20,000 nucleotides of DNA. Source: an uncultured virus (IMG/VR IMGVR_UViG_3300008070_000002). Taxonomy: Duplodnaviria > Heunggongvirae > Uroviricota > Caudoviricetes. The translations under genes were made by a program, and so were the position numbers. The first letter of the stretch is position 1; every line of letters starts with the position of its first letter. The stretch lies in IMG/VR virus record IMGVR_UViG_3300008070_000002, positions 55,697-75,696 of that record; one strand, 5' to 3'. Of the stretch, positions 1-8,119 are shown piece after piece. Below the pieces are notes generated by a model. That model did no database searches and was not told the DNA's origin. It saw only the letters and a list, made by a program, of their open reading frames with translations.

Positions 1-407
1 ATTGTTAACGCTCTGGTAGACATGCTGCCATCGCCTAACAACACCCCAAGCAAATACGGATGAATTGGAAAATCCTTTTCGCTGGTTTCTTCTGGCTCCG
101 GAAGTGGGATATAGACACGCGGTTCGTGCATATCGAGTAATCGTTTCATCTCCAGCGTGTTTCTAACACCCCATCTACGTTTTTCTGTAGTGTTAATGTA
201 AAAACACTGCCACAGATGTTCACCACAAACTGTCGCTTTTCTACCATCATAGAAGGTAACTTCGTATAGATCAACAACTCCCTGTGGGTAAACACCAGTT
301 ACTAATGTTGGCTTACCGTCTGCACCGGTAACGGTGTCGCCTATTTTTAGTTTTTCGATGGCCTTCCAACCGCCTGGTATGCGAACAAGTGTTCCATTTT
401 TTGCGGC
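1..407 (-). mobile_element. Intein (Ala1, class-3-like) with LAGLIDADG homing endonuclease, N-terminal part, inserted in the helicase P-loop
   Basis: After GKGK the frame reads AAKNGTLVRIPGGWKAIEKLKIGDTVTGADGKPTLVTGVYPQG (Hint block A/N2), then EVTFYDGRKATVCGEHLW (block B, His followed by Trp), then PIHPYLLGVLLGDGS (block C, LAGLIDADG helix). Confidence 0.9.
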
Positions 408-848
408 CTTCCCTTTGCCCATCTGAACTTCGAATATATCATGTCCGGTTGGTTTTTCTCCTGCTTTTTGCGCATCGTTTTGCCACACAAAGTCCTCATG
501 TTCTTCGTGCATCTTAAACGTATTGCGGTCAAACTCTACTTTATCACCAGACCAGGACTCGTCTACGGTTTCATAGTGGTATTTAATAGAGTCTCGAATC
601 TGGTACATGTTGTTTTCAACATGCTGCATTAAGCGATCATAGGCTCCAGCAGCATACAAATATTCGTTTTTACGTGAATCGAAAAGAAAGAACTTATCTC
701 CAGGAATGAAGATGATTTTACCGTGTTCACGTTGCATTTTACGTGCAGTGAGCTTATCGTTAAAATCACGGAGTAAGTTTAGGTACTGGTGAGAAATCGT
801 TCGGACGGAGAACCCAGTTCCCCATCGTCGTATATAAACTTCGATCAT
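1..848 (-). CDS. SF2-type helicase (phiKZ gp75-like position), 5' part, intein-containing; runs off the left edge of the window
   Basis: Manual translation is open from ATG 848 (GGAG upstream; alternative ATG 860) to base 1: MIESLYTTMGTGFSVRTISHQYLNLLRDFNDKL...DFVWQNDAQKAGEKPTGHDIFEVQMGKGK, then intein. Q-motif-like WQ and Walker A-like MGKGK are present. It lies directly downstream of the nvRNAP beta' C-terminal gene, as in phiKZ-like phages. It is absent from the ORF track because there is no stop inside the window. Confidence 0.8.
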   Translation of the reverse strand, partial: MIEVYIRRWGTGFSVRTISHQYLNLLRDFNDKLTARKMQREHGKIIFIPGDKFFLFDSRKNEYLYAAGAYDRLMQHVENNMYQIRDSIKYHYETVDESWSGDKVEFDRNTFKMHEEHEDFVWQNDAQKAGEKPTGHDIFEVQMGKGKAAKNGTLVRIPGGWKAIEKLKIGDTVTGADGKPTLVTGVYPQGVVDLYEVTFYDGRKATVCGEHLWQCFYINTTEKRRWGVRNTLEMKRLLDMHEPRVYIPLPEPEETSEKDFPIHPYLLGVLLGDGSMSTRALT

Positions 849-860
849 CTCGGCTCCCAT

Positions 861-890
861 AAATAAAAAAAGGGAGCCGAAGCTCCCTTA
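861..890 (-). terminator. Intrinsic terminator after the nvRNAP beta' C-terminal gene
   Basis: Minus strand AGGGAGC-TTCG-GCTCCCT followed by TTTTTTATTT. Confidence 0.85.
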
Positions 891-2879
891 GTTAGATGGT
901 GGAATATACACCAAATCATCCAAGATGGAAGAGGTACGCGTGGATTCTAAATAAGAATCCGGGTCATCAAAGATTTCTGACTGACGTTCAAAGAGCATGG
1001 CCACTGCTAAGCTGCGATGACGGATTAACTCATCGTGGCTGCAGAAGTAACCTTGGTTCTTACCAGCCGGCATAGACCAATCACCATTCACTGGATCTAC
1101 TGCACGCGATGCCATCAGCACTGTTGCAATGTGGCCTAAATGAATCCCTGATAATTTATCGCAGATAATGTAATACGCATCATACAACGCAGCATCCACA
1201 TCACGGTATTTTACCAGCATTGGTGTGTTCTTACCCACGGAATTCTGTGGGGTCATATCTTCATTCAAACGGGCACGAGTGGACCGCAGGAATGTCTCAA
1301 TACGAGATACTGCTGCTGACATGTTCTCATGTTTGTTCTGATAGATTAACACCGGGTGGTCTTTATTCCATTTGGATAGATCGATGATGTAGCGATTACC
1401 ATCGCGCTCCCAGCTATGTACTTTTAGATACTTTAGCATGGAAGGTGATAGCGATGCTTGAATGCTGGCACGTACAACCTGAACAATTTCAGGACGAGTA
1501 ACAGCATAGCCACGATCATCTACTTTGAATAACTGGATAGAACTTAAGCTACTGATCTTAGCAATATCTGTAGCGCCTGGCGTACTAACGTAGTTAATAT
1601 CAACCAGACCTTGTGCTTCAGAAACAGCTATGGACATCCGTAGGTTGGATGTATCCACATCACGTTTAAGCAACACATGTTCAGCATGGCTCTTTGCAAT
1701 AGAGAACCAGTGTTCCATATCACGTGGTAACGTTTTAGGGAACGAATGACGGATGAAGTCCAAGTGTTTGGTGGAAATAATCGTCTGGGTAGCTGGTTCG
1801 TTAATCGACGTACTGGACACGTGCCCAGGGTTTGTATCGTAAGGTATTGCGTAAGATATTGCACCATAGCAAACCTCACAAACACCCTGATTAGGGCCCT
1901 CCAGGCAGCATAAGGAGCTACGGAAATTGACAGTCGTTCCAATAAGATGGGTATCGTAACTTCTGATTTCCCGCATCTTACCATCCGGCATTACCTGGTA
2001 CAAACCAACCATGGATTCAAACAGGCGTTTGCCATTACTATCATCCGGAATAAAGAACGTGTGGTAATCACGGGTACCGCAATCACCAGGAACAATCTTA
2101 CGTACGATCCCGCAGACTAACTGCATCTTACGGTTAAAATACTCCGCATCGGCTACCGGGTCTTTGTTAAACAACTGGGCTTTTGCGGCAGAACGTGATT
2201 CCATTGCAAACGCATCCAGTGTGGCTAGACCATGCACGAAACCACGCAGTATCGGTTTACTGTAGATTACCGAGTCGATGTCAGTATTCGGGCCGCGAGG
2301 TCCGAATGACTGCCTGGCTTGGTCCATCTTCACAGTACCGTAGGATACCGTATCGATAACCGTTTTACCGGCCATTGCTGGATCTTTAAAGACCGCATCG
2401 ACCTCATCGTAAACGTGGTTAATAGCCTCACGGCTATCGTTTACTTTGCTCATTGCTGCTGCAATGCGTGGATGGTCAGCAACCTCCAGAATATCTTTAT
2501 AGCTAATAGAACTAATAAACCGGTTACAGCCGTTAACAATGGCATTATAACTGCGGTTATAAAGCTCGTAAGCCAACAACCAAACATCTTCTTTTGGAAC
2601 ATCGAGTCCCGTGGTTGACTCAATCGCATCCCAGAGCAGTTCGCGAAAGAGACTATCCGTAAAGACGTTGTCGTAAATAAACAGTTTATGATTCACCTGG
2701 ATTTGCGGCCAGTTAGCCGCAATAGACCAAAGATACCAACTACCAATCATGATGTTAACTGTATCGGTTTCAATAGTAACATTGTCATCGAAGGTTAACT
2801 CACAACGGGCTGGTTTTGGTAGACCCCAGATTTCAGCTTCGGTGTAAAACATCAGATCACGGACATGATACTTTAACAC
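888..2879 (-). CDS. rpoC: Non-virion RNA polymerase beta' subunit, C-terminal part (phiKZ gp74-like)
   Basis: 663 aa. Bridge-helix region GFVHGL..AMESRSAAKAQ..AEYFNRKMQL..GDCGT; Zn site RSSLCC..GVCEVCYG; trigger-loop SINEPATQTIISTKH. GTG start with GAGGAG upstream. Confidence 0.92.
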   Translation of the reverse strand: MLKYHVRDLMFYTEAEIWGLPKPARCELTFDDNVTIETDTVNIMIGSWYLWSIAANWPQIQVNHKLFIYDNVFTDSLFRELLWDAIESTTGLDVPKEDVWLLAYELYNRSYNAIVNGCNRFISSISYKDILEVADHPRIAAAMSKVNDSREAINHVYDEVDAVFKDPAMAGKTVIDTVSYGTVKMDQARQSFGPRGPNTDIDSVIYSKPILRGFVHGLATLDAFAMESRSAAKAQLFNKDPVADAEYFNRKMQLVCGIVRKIVPGDCGTRDYHTFFIPDDSNGKRLFESMVGLYQVMPDGKMREIRSYDTHLIGTTVNFRSSLCCLEGPNQGVCEVCYGAISYAIPYDTNPGHVSSTSINEPATQTIISTKHLDFIRHSFPKTLPRDMEHWFSIAKSHAEHVLLKRDVDTSNLRMSIAVSEAQGLVDINYVSTPGATDIAKISSLSSIQLFKVDDRGYAVTRPEIVQVVRASIQASLSPSMLKYLKVHSWERDGNRYIIDLSKWNKDHPVLIYQNKHENMSAAVSRIETFLRSTRARLNEDMTPQNSVGKNTPMLVKYRDVDAALYDAYYIICDKLSGIHLGHIATVLMASRAVDPVNGDWSMPAGKNQGYFCSHDELIRHRSLAVAMLFERQSEIFDDPDSYLESTRTSSILDDLVYIPPSN

Positions 2880-2882
2880 TCT

Positions 2883-4919
2883 TTACTCCTCAGTCGTAAA
2901 CTCTGCACCACCTGCGTTGATAACGTGGTGGAATATAGTTAAACCGTTATGGTGGCCTAATGGATATTGATCACGTGGCACGGTGTCTGGGATATTCATT
3001 GGCACAGCAGCCGTCATTACTGACTCTATCTGAACATCCTGAACCACTGGGCTATTTGATCTATCCATAATCTCAGCAATTACCTGCTCACCAATGTAAG
3101 CTGCTTCATGACGCATTTCTGATTCACCAGAATGCTTCTTAGCGCTTTCACTGATTGGGCGGGAGTGTTTGTCTTTACTGTGACGTTTGGCGATTGTACC
3201 AAACTGCTGGAATCGACAAGCTGAGACTGCTGAGAAATCACGGCCGGTTTTATCCAGACGGATCATATACAGCTGACCAATTATAATTTTCTGTTCGGTA
3301 AGTTCCCATTCTCCAGTTACTGGGTTCTTAATCCGCAGACGCTGTTCTTTTGGTGGGAAGTTATGGTAGATAAAGCGCACGGTTTCGATGATCGTTTCTG
3401 GACGTTCATGCGGGTACCAAATACGCAACGGGTTATGATATAGTTCGTCAACAAAAGCTCGTTTAGCATCTGCCGTTGGATGTGTTTCCACAATTGCATC
3501 GTGCCACATTGAACTCACGCCTTTAATAAACGCGAATACTTGATCAACTTCTTCCAGGTTGAAACGACGTACAGTCATGCACGCTGCAGTAACGTAATGT
3601 TCCAACGGGCGGTTGAAGTTAGTACGGCGCAGCACCGCGTTATCAGACATAACCACATCGATCGGAGTGCCATCCTCACCGTGCATCATGTCTTCGTCTT
3701 CTTCGACTTTACCGACGATCCCTTTACCACCGAAGCTGTCTGTAATTTTACCAGAAACATCCAATGGGACTGGGAATTTAACAGTAATCTCAATTCGGTA
3801 ATCTTGCAGCATTTCATAACCGAACTGCTTAAAGCGGTTTATCTCATCTCGCTGTAAGTTATACTGCTCTGGAAACATAGCCACAGCATGGTGCAAGAAC
3901 AGCACGCGACACGCCGGTGACAACTTTGGTTTACGGTTTTCCTGTTTAAGTTGTTTGTAATAATCCGAGATTGCCTTGTCAAACTGCAAATTACTATTTA
4001 CAACTGCTTCAGGAATGCGTTGCTCAAATGGACCTGGATTGTTTGACAGGTTCCCTTGCCACACTTTCACATCGATGACTTCAGCGCCAGGATCGGCAAA
4101 CTCAACGTCATCAAAGTGACCATCGATATCCGTTAAGCCAGTATCCGTCATTTCAATCCCAGCTAACAGGGGATTAAACTTACGTTTTGCTGCCACGATA
4201 CCGTCGTCGCCAATCTTGTAACCGATCGGTGGGATAGGAATCAGATTACCCTTGTTATCTTTGTGTGGTAACAACAAGTACTCGTCAGGTGCCACGTTAA
4301 TCGTGTACGTATGGTAACCATAACTTAGATTCTTATCCGCATAGCTTCGGCGAATAATTAACGCATCTTCGATAACCTGTGGATGCGATACCAATACGAC
4401 ATTCGCGTTCATGCCTAAGCAGAACTCGTTATCGATATTAGATTCTACGTCAGCTAACACAGTGCCTTGTCGTAATACCTGCCCAGGTACCAACCGTTGT
4501 CCGATGTTAGTAATCAATAAATCATAACCAAAGTACTGATGGTTAGACATATATGCTGGGATATGTATTACGTCAATCATGAAGTCATTTTCATTTTCAA
4601 CGAACACATAGGTTTCCAGAGGCTTACCGTAGCCGTATTCTCCTGGCAGATAACGGCTAATTATCTTCGTAACTCGGCAGTTATTCATTACCGTCACATT
4701 GAATGCGTATTTAGCGTATTCAAATTCAGAGCCGGTAAAGAAGTTACGTGGTTCACAACCAACAATCTGTGGGGCCTGCATGTAGTGTGCAGATTGCATC
4801 TGCAAACGTGAACTAGAAGACCCGTCAGCCCCAGGCACTAGTTCAGTTGTAGCTCCCATTAATTCTGTTCGCAGGCGGATTGCATCCTCCGGCAAAGAAT
4901 CATATGTCACTTGTGTCAT
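2883..4919 (-). CDS. rpoB: Non-virion RNA polymerase beta subunit, C-terminal part (phiKZ gp71-73-like), uninterrupted
   Basis: 678 aa. Motifs SSRLQMQSAHYMQA, IEDALII, GKITDSFGGKGIV, DVVMSDNAVLRRTN, GQLYMIRLDK and HSGESEMRH match conserved RpoB blocks. Confidence 0.92.
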   Translation of the reverse strand: MTQVTYDSLPEDAIRLRTELMGATTELVPGADGSSSSRLQMQSAHYMQAPQIVGCEPRNFFTGSEFEYAKYAFNVTVMNNCRVTKIISRYLPGEYGYGKPLETYVFVENENDFMIDVIHIPAYMSNHQYFGYDLLITNIGQRLVPGQVLRQGTVLADVESNIDNEFCLGMNANVVLVSHPQVIEDALIIRRSYADKNLSYGYHTYTINVAPDEYLLLPHKDNKGNLIPIPPIGYKIGDDGIVAAKRKFNPLLAGIEMTDTGLTDIDGHFDDVEFADPGAEVIDVKVWQGNLSNNPGPFEQRIPEAVVNSNLQFDKAISDYYKQLKQENRKPKLSPACRVLFLHHAVAMFPEQYNLQRDEINRFKQFGYEMLQDYRIEITVKFPVPLDVSGKITDSFGGKGIVGKVEEDEDMMHGEDGTPIDVVMSDNAVLRRTNFNRPLEHYVTAACMTVRRFNLEEVDQVFAFIKGVSSMWHDAIVETHPTADAKRAFVDELYHNPLRIWYPHERPETIIETVRFIYHNFPPKEQRLRIKNPVTGEWELTEQKIIIGQLYMIRLDKTGRDFSAVSACRFQQFGTIAKRHSKDKHSRPISESAKKHSGESEMRHEAAYIGEQVIAEIMDRSNSPVVQDVQIESVMTAAVPMNIPDTVPRDQYPLGHHNGLTIFHHVINAGGAEFTTEE

Positions 4920-4953
4920 TTACTTCACCTTTTGATTAAATAATGACGTCATG

Positions 4954-4971
4954 TCACTTAGATAATATCTA
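4954..4971 (-). promoter_or_regulatory. Phage promoter-like motif class 1, copy upstream of the beta gene
   Basis: TAGATATTATCTAAGTGA on the minus strand; one of four intergenic copies. Confidence 0.7.
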
Positions 4972-4997
4972 ATTGAAATTTCTTATAGCGAGGCTTT

Positions 4998-5324
4998 ATG
5001 GCAGCATCTGTTATGGGTCAGGCAACGTATGTCATACCACGCAGTATGTACAATCCAACAATACGTAAGCGCCTGGCTATCTATCGGCATTTTTTAAGAA
5101 CCGATGAATCCACTACGCTGCACGCGGTGGACGTTAATAAAATGAGAATGCATATCGGTGATCTCTATGGTTATTTAAAAACCATAGGTATCGTTGATGA
5201 ACTCCATTGGGTTGTTTTACTGATCTCTGATCTCAATGACCCTGGTGAATTTGGGTTATCTACTAAGTTATTATATATCCCGGATATCCGGATAGTGGAA
5301 ACAATTTTAACGCTGGACAATTAA
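4998..5324 (+). CDS. Small protein, possibly LysM/T4 gp53-like baseplate wedge-type fold
   Basis: 108 aa; fills the gap between two minus-strand genes, has GAGG upstream and ends at a bidirectional terminator. Pattern GDLYGYL..IGI...LHWVVLLISDLNDP.EF....LYIPD resembles gp53/tail-X LysM-like proteins (fold call is inference). Confidence 0.6.
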   Translation: MAASVMGQATYVIPRSMYNPTIRKRLAIYRHFLRTDESTTLHAVDVNKMRMHIGDLYGYLKTIGIVDELHWVVLLISDLNDPGEFGLSTKLLYIPDIRIVETILTLDN

Positions 5325-5356
5325 AAAAAAAGGGGAGGGCGAAAGCCCTCCTCTTT
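5323..5356. terminator. Bidirectional terminator between convergent genes
   Basis: A-tract, GGGGAGGGC-GAAA-GCCCTCCTC, TTT; lies between the stops at 5324 (+) and 5358 (-). Confidence 0.85.
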
Positions 5357-5357
5357 A

Positions 5358-6665
5358 CTAGCGACGACTCAGGATGCTAATCCCGCCACCACGGCGGTCA
5401 TCCCGGTCGTCTCGATCTCGACGGTCTCGACGGTCCCGACGATCGTAGTCACGATCACGGTCACGGCGGTCATCACGACGGTCGTCACGGCGGCTATCGT
5501 AGTCACGATCAAAGATACTAACACGTCCACCGCGATCACGGTCATCGCGGCGGCTATCACGACGGTCGTCACGGCGGTCATAATCCCGATCTCGACGGTC
5601 ATCGTCACGGGAACGTATACCTGAATTAAGTACGCTAATACCACCTGATTTTACCACCGGCTGTACCTCGCGGTCCCGTGCGGTAGGTTCTTCATCGTGC
5701 CATGGTGGGGTATCGTTCGATGTCGCAGCTACGCTAGAGCGGCCAGTCAAACTTGTAATTTCCACATCCGATTTAGCTACCGTATTACGCGGTTTCTTCG
5801 GTTTATCTACTGGACCAATGTTGCCAGGAAGCGCTGGAATAACCCCAAGCTGATCTTCCATCCCTTCATCCAACCACTTGTGCCAACCCAGCGGTACGAT
5901 ACCGATGGTTGATTCATCGATCCCACCTTTCAGTATTTTACGCACTTTATTCAGGCGATTTGCGACACCGTAGTAAAGGCGCATAATTGCTTCGAAGTAC
6001 GGTACATTGCCATTTGCACCAACTTCCATCACAACACCTTCAAACAGCTTCTCAACAAAGCTAACGATCATTCGTTTATCGGCTTTGTTGTTGGCTTTAA
6101 TACCCTGGATAGATGCATCAGAAACATCTTCCGATAGCATTGGGATTTCCAGTGTCGCAATACGTGCAAACGTTTTGCCGTCCAATTCACCTGCTCTACT
6201 AACGTACAGATTTGAAAACGAGATGGTTCCGTTTTCATCACCATATGCTTTCATTAGTTTACCAAAGAACTTAACCGTAGATTCTTTCGCTTCACCCAGA
6301 ATTTCAATAAATTGGGTATAGCTGCCGTCTTTGATTTCTCCTTGCAGGGATTGGTTTTGCGCAATCTGCAGTGAGCATAATGTCAGGTGACAAACGTTTA
6401 AAGCGATGGCTGCGTTCACACGCTTGATTAACCAACGTGTTACATCAGACTGCCCTGCTAATAGATCTTCACACAGTGGGTGGAATGGGACTTTATCGTC
6501 CCATACGTTTTCTTTCAGTAACTCTTGTGTTGGAATAACCAACGGCTTATCGCCGATGGTATACACATCACCTTTGAGTGACTTAATTGTACCGTCTGCT
6601 TCAACTACACAGAACAACGATTTCATGATGTCGCTATAAATAGTCGACAGGGGTTTTCTATCCAT
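5358..6665 (-). CDS. Conserved jumbo-phage protein (phiKZ gp70-like position) with Arg/Asp-rich C-terminal tail
   Basis: 435 aa, start overlapping the upstream stop at 6665; located between the gp69-like gene and nvRNAP beta; the last ~85 aa are RDDRR-type repeats. Confidence 0.65.
   Translation of the reverse strand: MDRKPLSTIYSDIMKSLFCVVEADGTIKSLKGDVYTIGDKPLVIPTQELLKENVWDDKVPFHPLCEDLLAGQSDVTRWLIKRVNAAIALNVCHLTLCSLQIAQNQSLQGEIKDGSYTQFIEILGEAKESTVKFFGKLMKAYGDENGTISFSNLYVSRAGELDGKTFARIATLEIPMLSEDVSDASIQGIKANNKADKRMIVSFVEKLFEGVVMEVGANGNVPYFEAIMRLYYGVANRLNKVRKILKGGIDESTIGIVPLGWHKWLDEGMEDQLGVIPALPGNIGPVDKPKKPRNTVAKSDVEITSLTGRSSVAATSNDTPPWHDEEPTARDREVQPVVKSGGISVLNSGIRSRDDDRRDRDYDRRDDRRDSRRDDRDRGGRVSIFDRDYDSRRDDRRDDRRDRDRDYDRRDRRDRRDRDDRDDRRGGGISILSRR
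5361..5645 (-). repeat. Coding low-complexity repeat (RDDRRD/RDYD units separated by GGISIL-like motifs)
   Basis: Recurrent TCACGACGGTCGTCACGGCGG-type DNA units; protein GGISVL..RDDDRRDRDYDRRDDRRDSRRDDRDR.GGRVSIF.DRDYDSRRDDRRDDRR..GGGISILSRR. Confidence 0.85.
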
Positions 6666-8107
6666 TATTTACTCCAATCTCTCTCTGAAACTTTATGCTG
6701 ACGATTAATTTCGGGATCGATAACCTCTTTACGAAGTTTAATATAACGATCTGCAAAATCATTAAGGTTACGGATATCGGATGTGTAAGTTGGTGGAACC
6801 AACGCATCCGCAAAAGCAGGGAAGTTAAACGTTTCGGTACGACCACCGTCCCATTCAACGTCGATAGTAAACATCCCCTCCTGAGAACATTCAACACGGC
6901 AGTAGAGCAGAATTCGGTTATTGCGAGTAAGGTGGTCTGTGATTTCCGCCATTACTTTCTTAACCAATGCGGTGGCAACATCAGACGTTCTAGCCAAGCC
7001 ATCCACGTAAGACGTCCAGTCAATGATTTCGTACTGCGCTTCACCGCGATCTAAACGATTGTTATCGATAATGAAGATAACTGACGATAAGCAACGATCC
7101 AGCATGAACGCCGGAAGCTCGCGGGAAATAGTAACAGCGGCCATTGTAGCACCATCTGCACCTTTCCACGGTACTGAGTCGTAGTCAAATTCGTTTTCAT
7201 CGAAGTTCATGATTGTGGTAGTATCGTCCAAAGAACGCATGTCTTCGTGGCGACTGAAACGAGCTAAATCCTCGTACAGAAACGACACATTGTCATGCAT
7301 ATCTGGTTGGAACGATGCCAACACATTAATAAACTCATTGGAGTTTACTTTTGGATCGCGCAGTAGATCGCGAGCAACCGTATCACGCGTCAGGTTAAAA
7401 TGACTGTCGTTATTAGCTGCTGCTTCTAAACGTGCGTCATAATCTGCGGCAATCACACGAGCTAAATAACCACTGCGGGTGTTGTTTCGCTGAAGCGATG
7501 CTTCTGGTTTACGGAAACGTGCACGTAAATCCGTTCCTTTTTCATCCCCATAATCACGACGAATCGTCAATGCACCGAATAAATCAGATGGGCGAGACAA
7601 CACGTCGTTTTGTCCACCACGACGACTAATGCCACGTAGGATCTGATATGGTTTTTGGATTTCACTTTCAATAGTTTCCCGACCACGATCCATCACAATA
7701 GTGTCACGAATACCAATGACCCCGTTGATAAACATTCGCATGTCTTCAGGGATATCATCGTTACGTAAACTACAATCGGATGATTCGGTGTAACCAGTAA
7801 CCACAACCCGATAACCCGGCGAACCACGACGAGATGGTGGGTCAATTTCCAGCTCCAGAATAAAACGATAGCGGTGACGGTTCCAACCACCATTAATATC
7901 AGCTTTATCCATATTGGTACCGGAGAATCGCATGCCGGTTGCAATAACATCAGTGAGAGACGTAGGTCGAATTGCTGAAACACCAGAATGTTCCAACGCA
8001 TTCTCCAGCTCGTCCATCAACTGTCCAGAGGCGCTCAGTTCAAACGGGCGTCGATACTGCTGTTCCATGTCAGGAACACCAATAAATATCAGCTTCTTGA
8101 TCAGCAT
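6665..8107 (-). CDS. Probable phage-nucleus protein-import factor (PicA/Imp1, phiKZ gp69-like)
   Basis: 480 aa with GAGG RBS; directly follows the gp68-like gene as in the recalled phiKZ block. Assignment is by synteny and size only. Confidence 0.6.
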   Translation of the reverse strand: MLIKKLIFIGVPDMEQQYRRPFELSASGQLMDELENALEHSGVSAIRPTSLTDVIATGMRFSGTNMDKADINGGWNRHRYRFILELEIDPPSRRGSPGYRVVVTGYTESSDCSLRNDDIPEDMRMFINGVIGIRDTIVMDRGRETIESEIQKPYQILRGISRRGGQNDVLSRPSDLFGALTIRRDYGDEKGTDLRARFRKPEASLQRNNTRSGYLARVIAADYDARLEAAANNDSHFNLTRDTVARDLLRDPKVNSNEFINVLASFQPDMHDNVSFLYEDLARFSRHEDMRSLDDTTTIMNFDENEFDYDSVPWKGADGATMAAVTISRELPAFMLDRCLSSVIFIIDNNRLDRGEAQYEIIDWTSYVDGLARTSDVATALVKKVMAEITDHLTRNNRILLYCRVECSQEGMFTIDVEWDGGRTETFNFPAFADALVPPTYTSDIRNLNDFADRYIKLRKEVIDPEINRQHKVSERDWSK

Positions 8108-8119
8108 GTTTTATACCTC

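Noticed and set aside
347..632. 61-aa (-) and 63-aa (+) ORFs
   Set aside because: Both overlap the real helicase/intein frame.
888..4919. Interpretation as a bacterial rpoBC operon
   Set aside because: The subunits are split, highly divergent and arranged as in phiKZ-like phages, with no ribosomal-protein context.
5369..5644. Repeat array as possible CRISPR, and the 91-aa alternative-frame ORF
   Set aside because: The repeats are degenerate codon-level units with no constant repeat/unique spacer structure and no cas genes; the alternative ORF is a by-product of low complexity.
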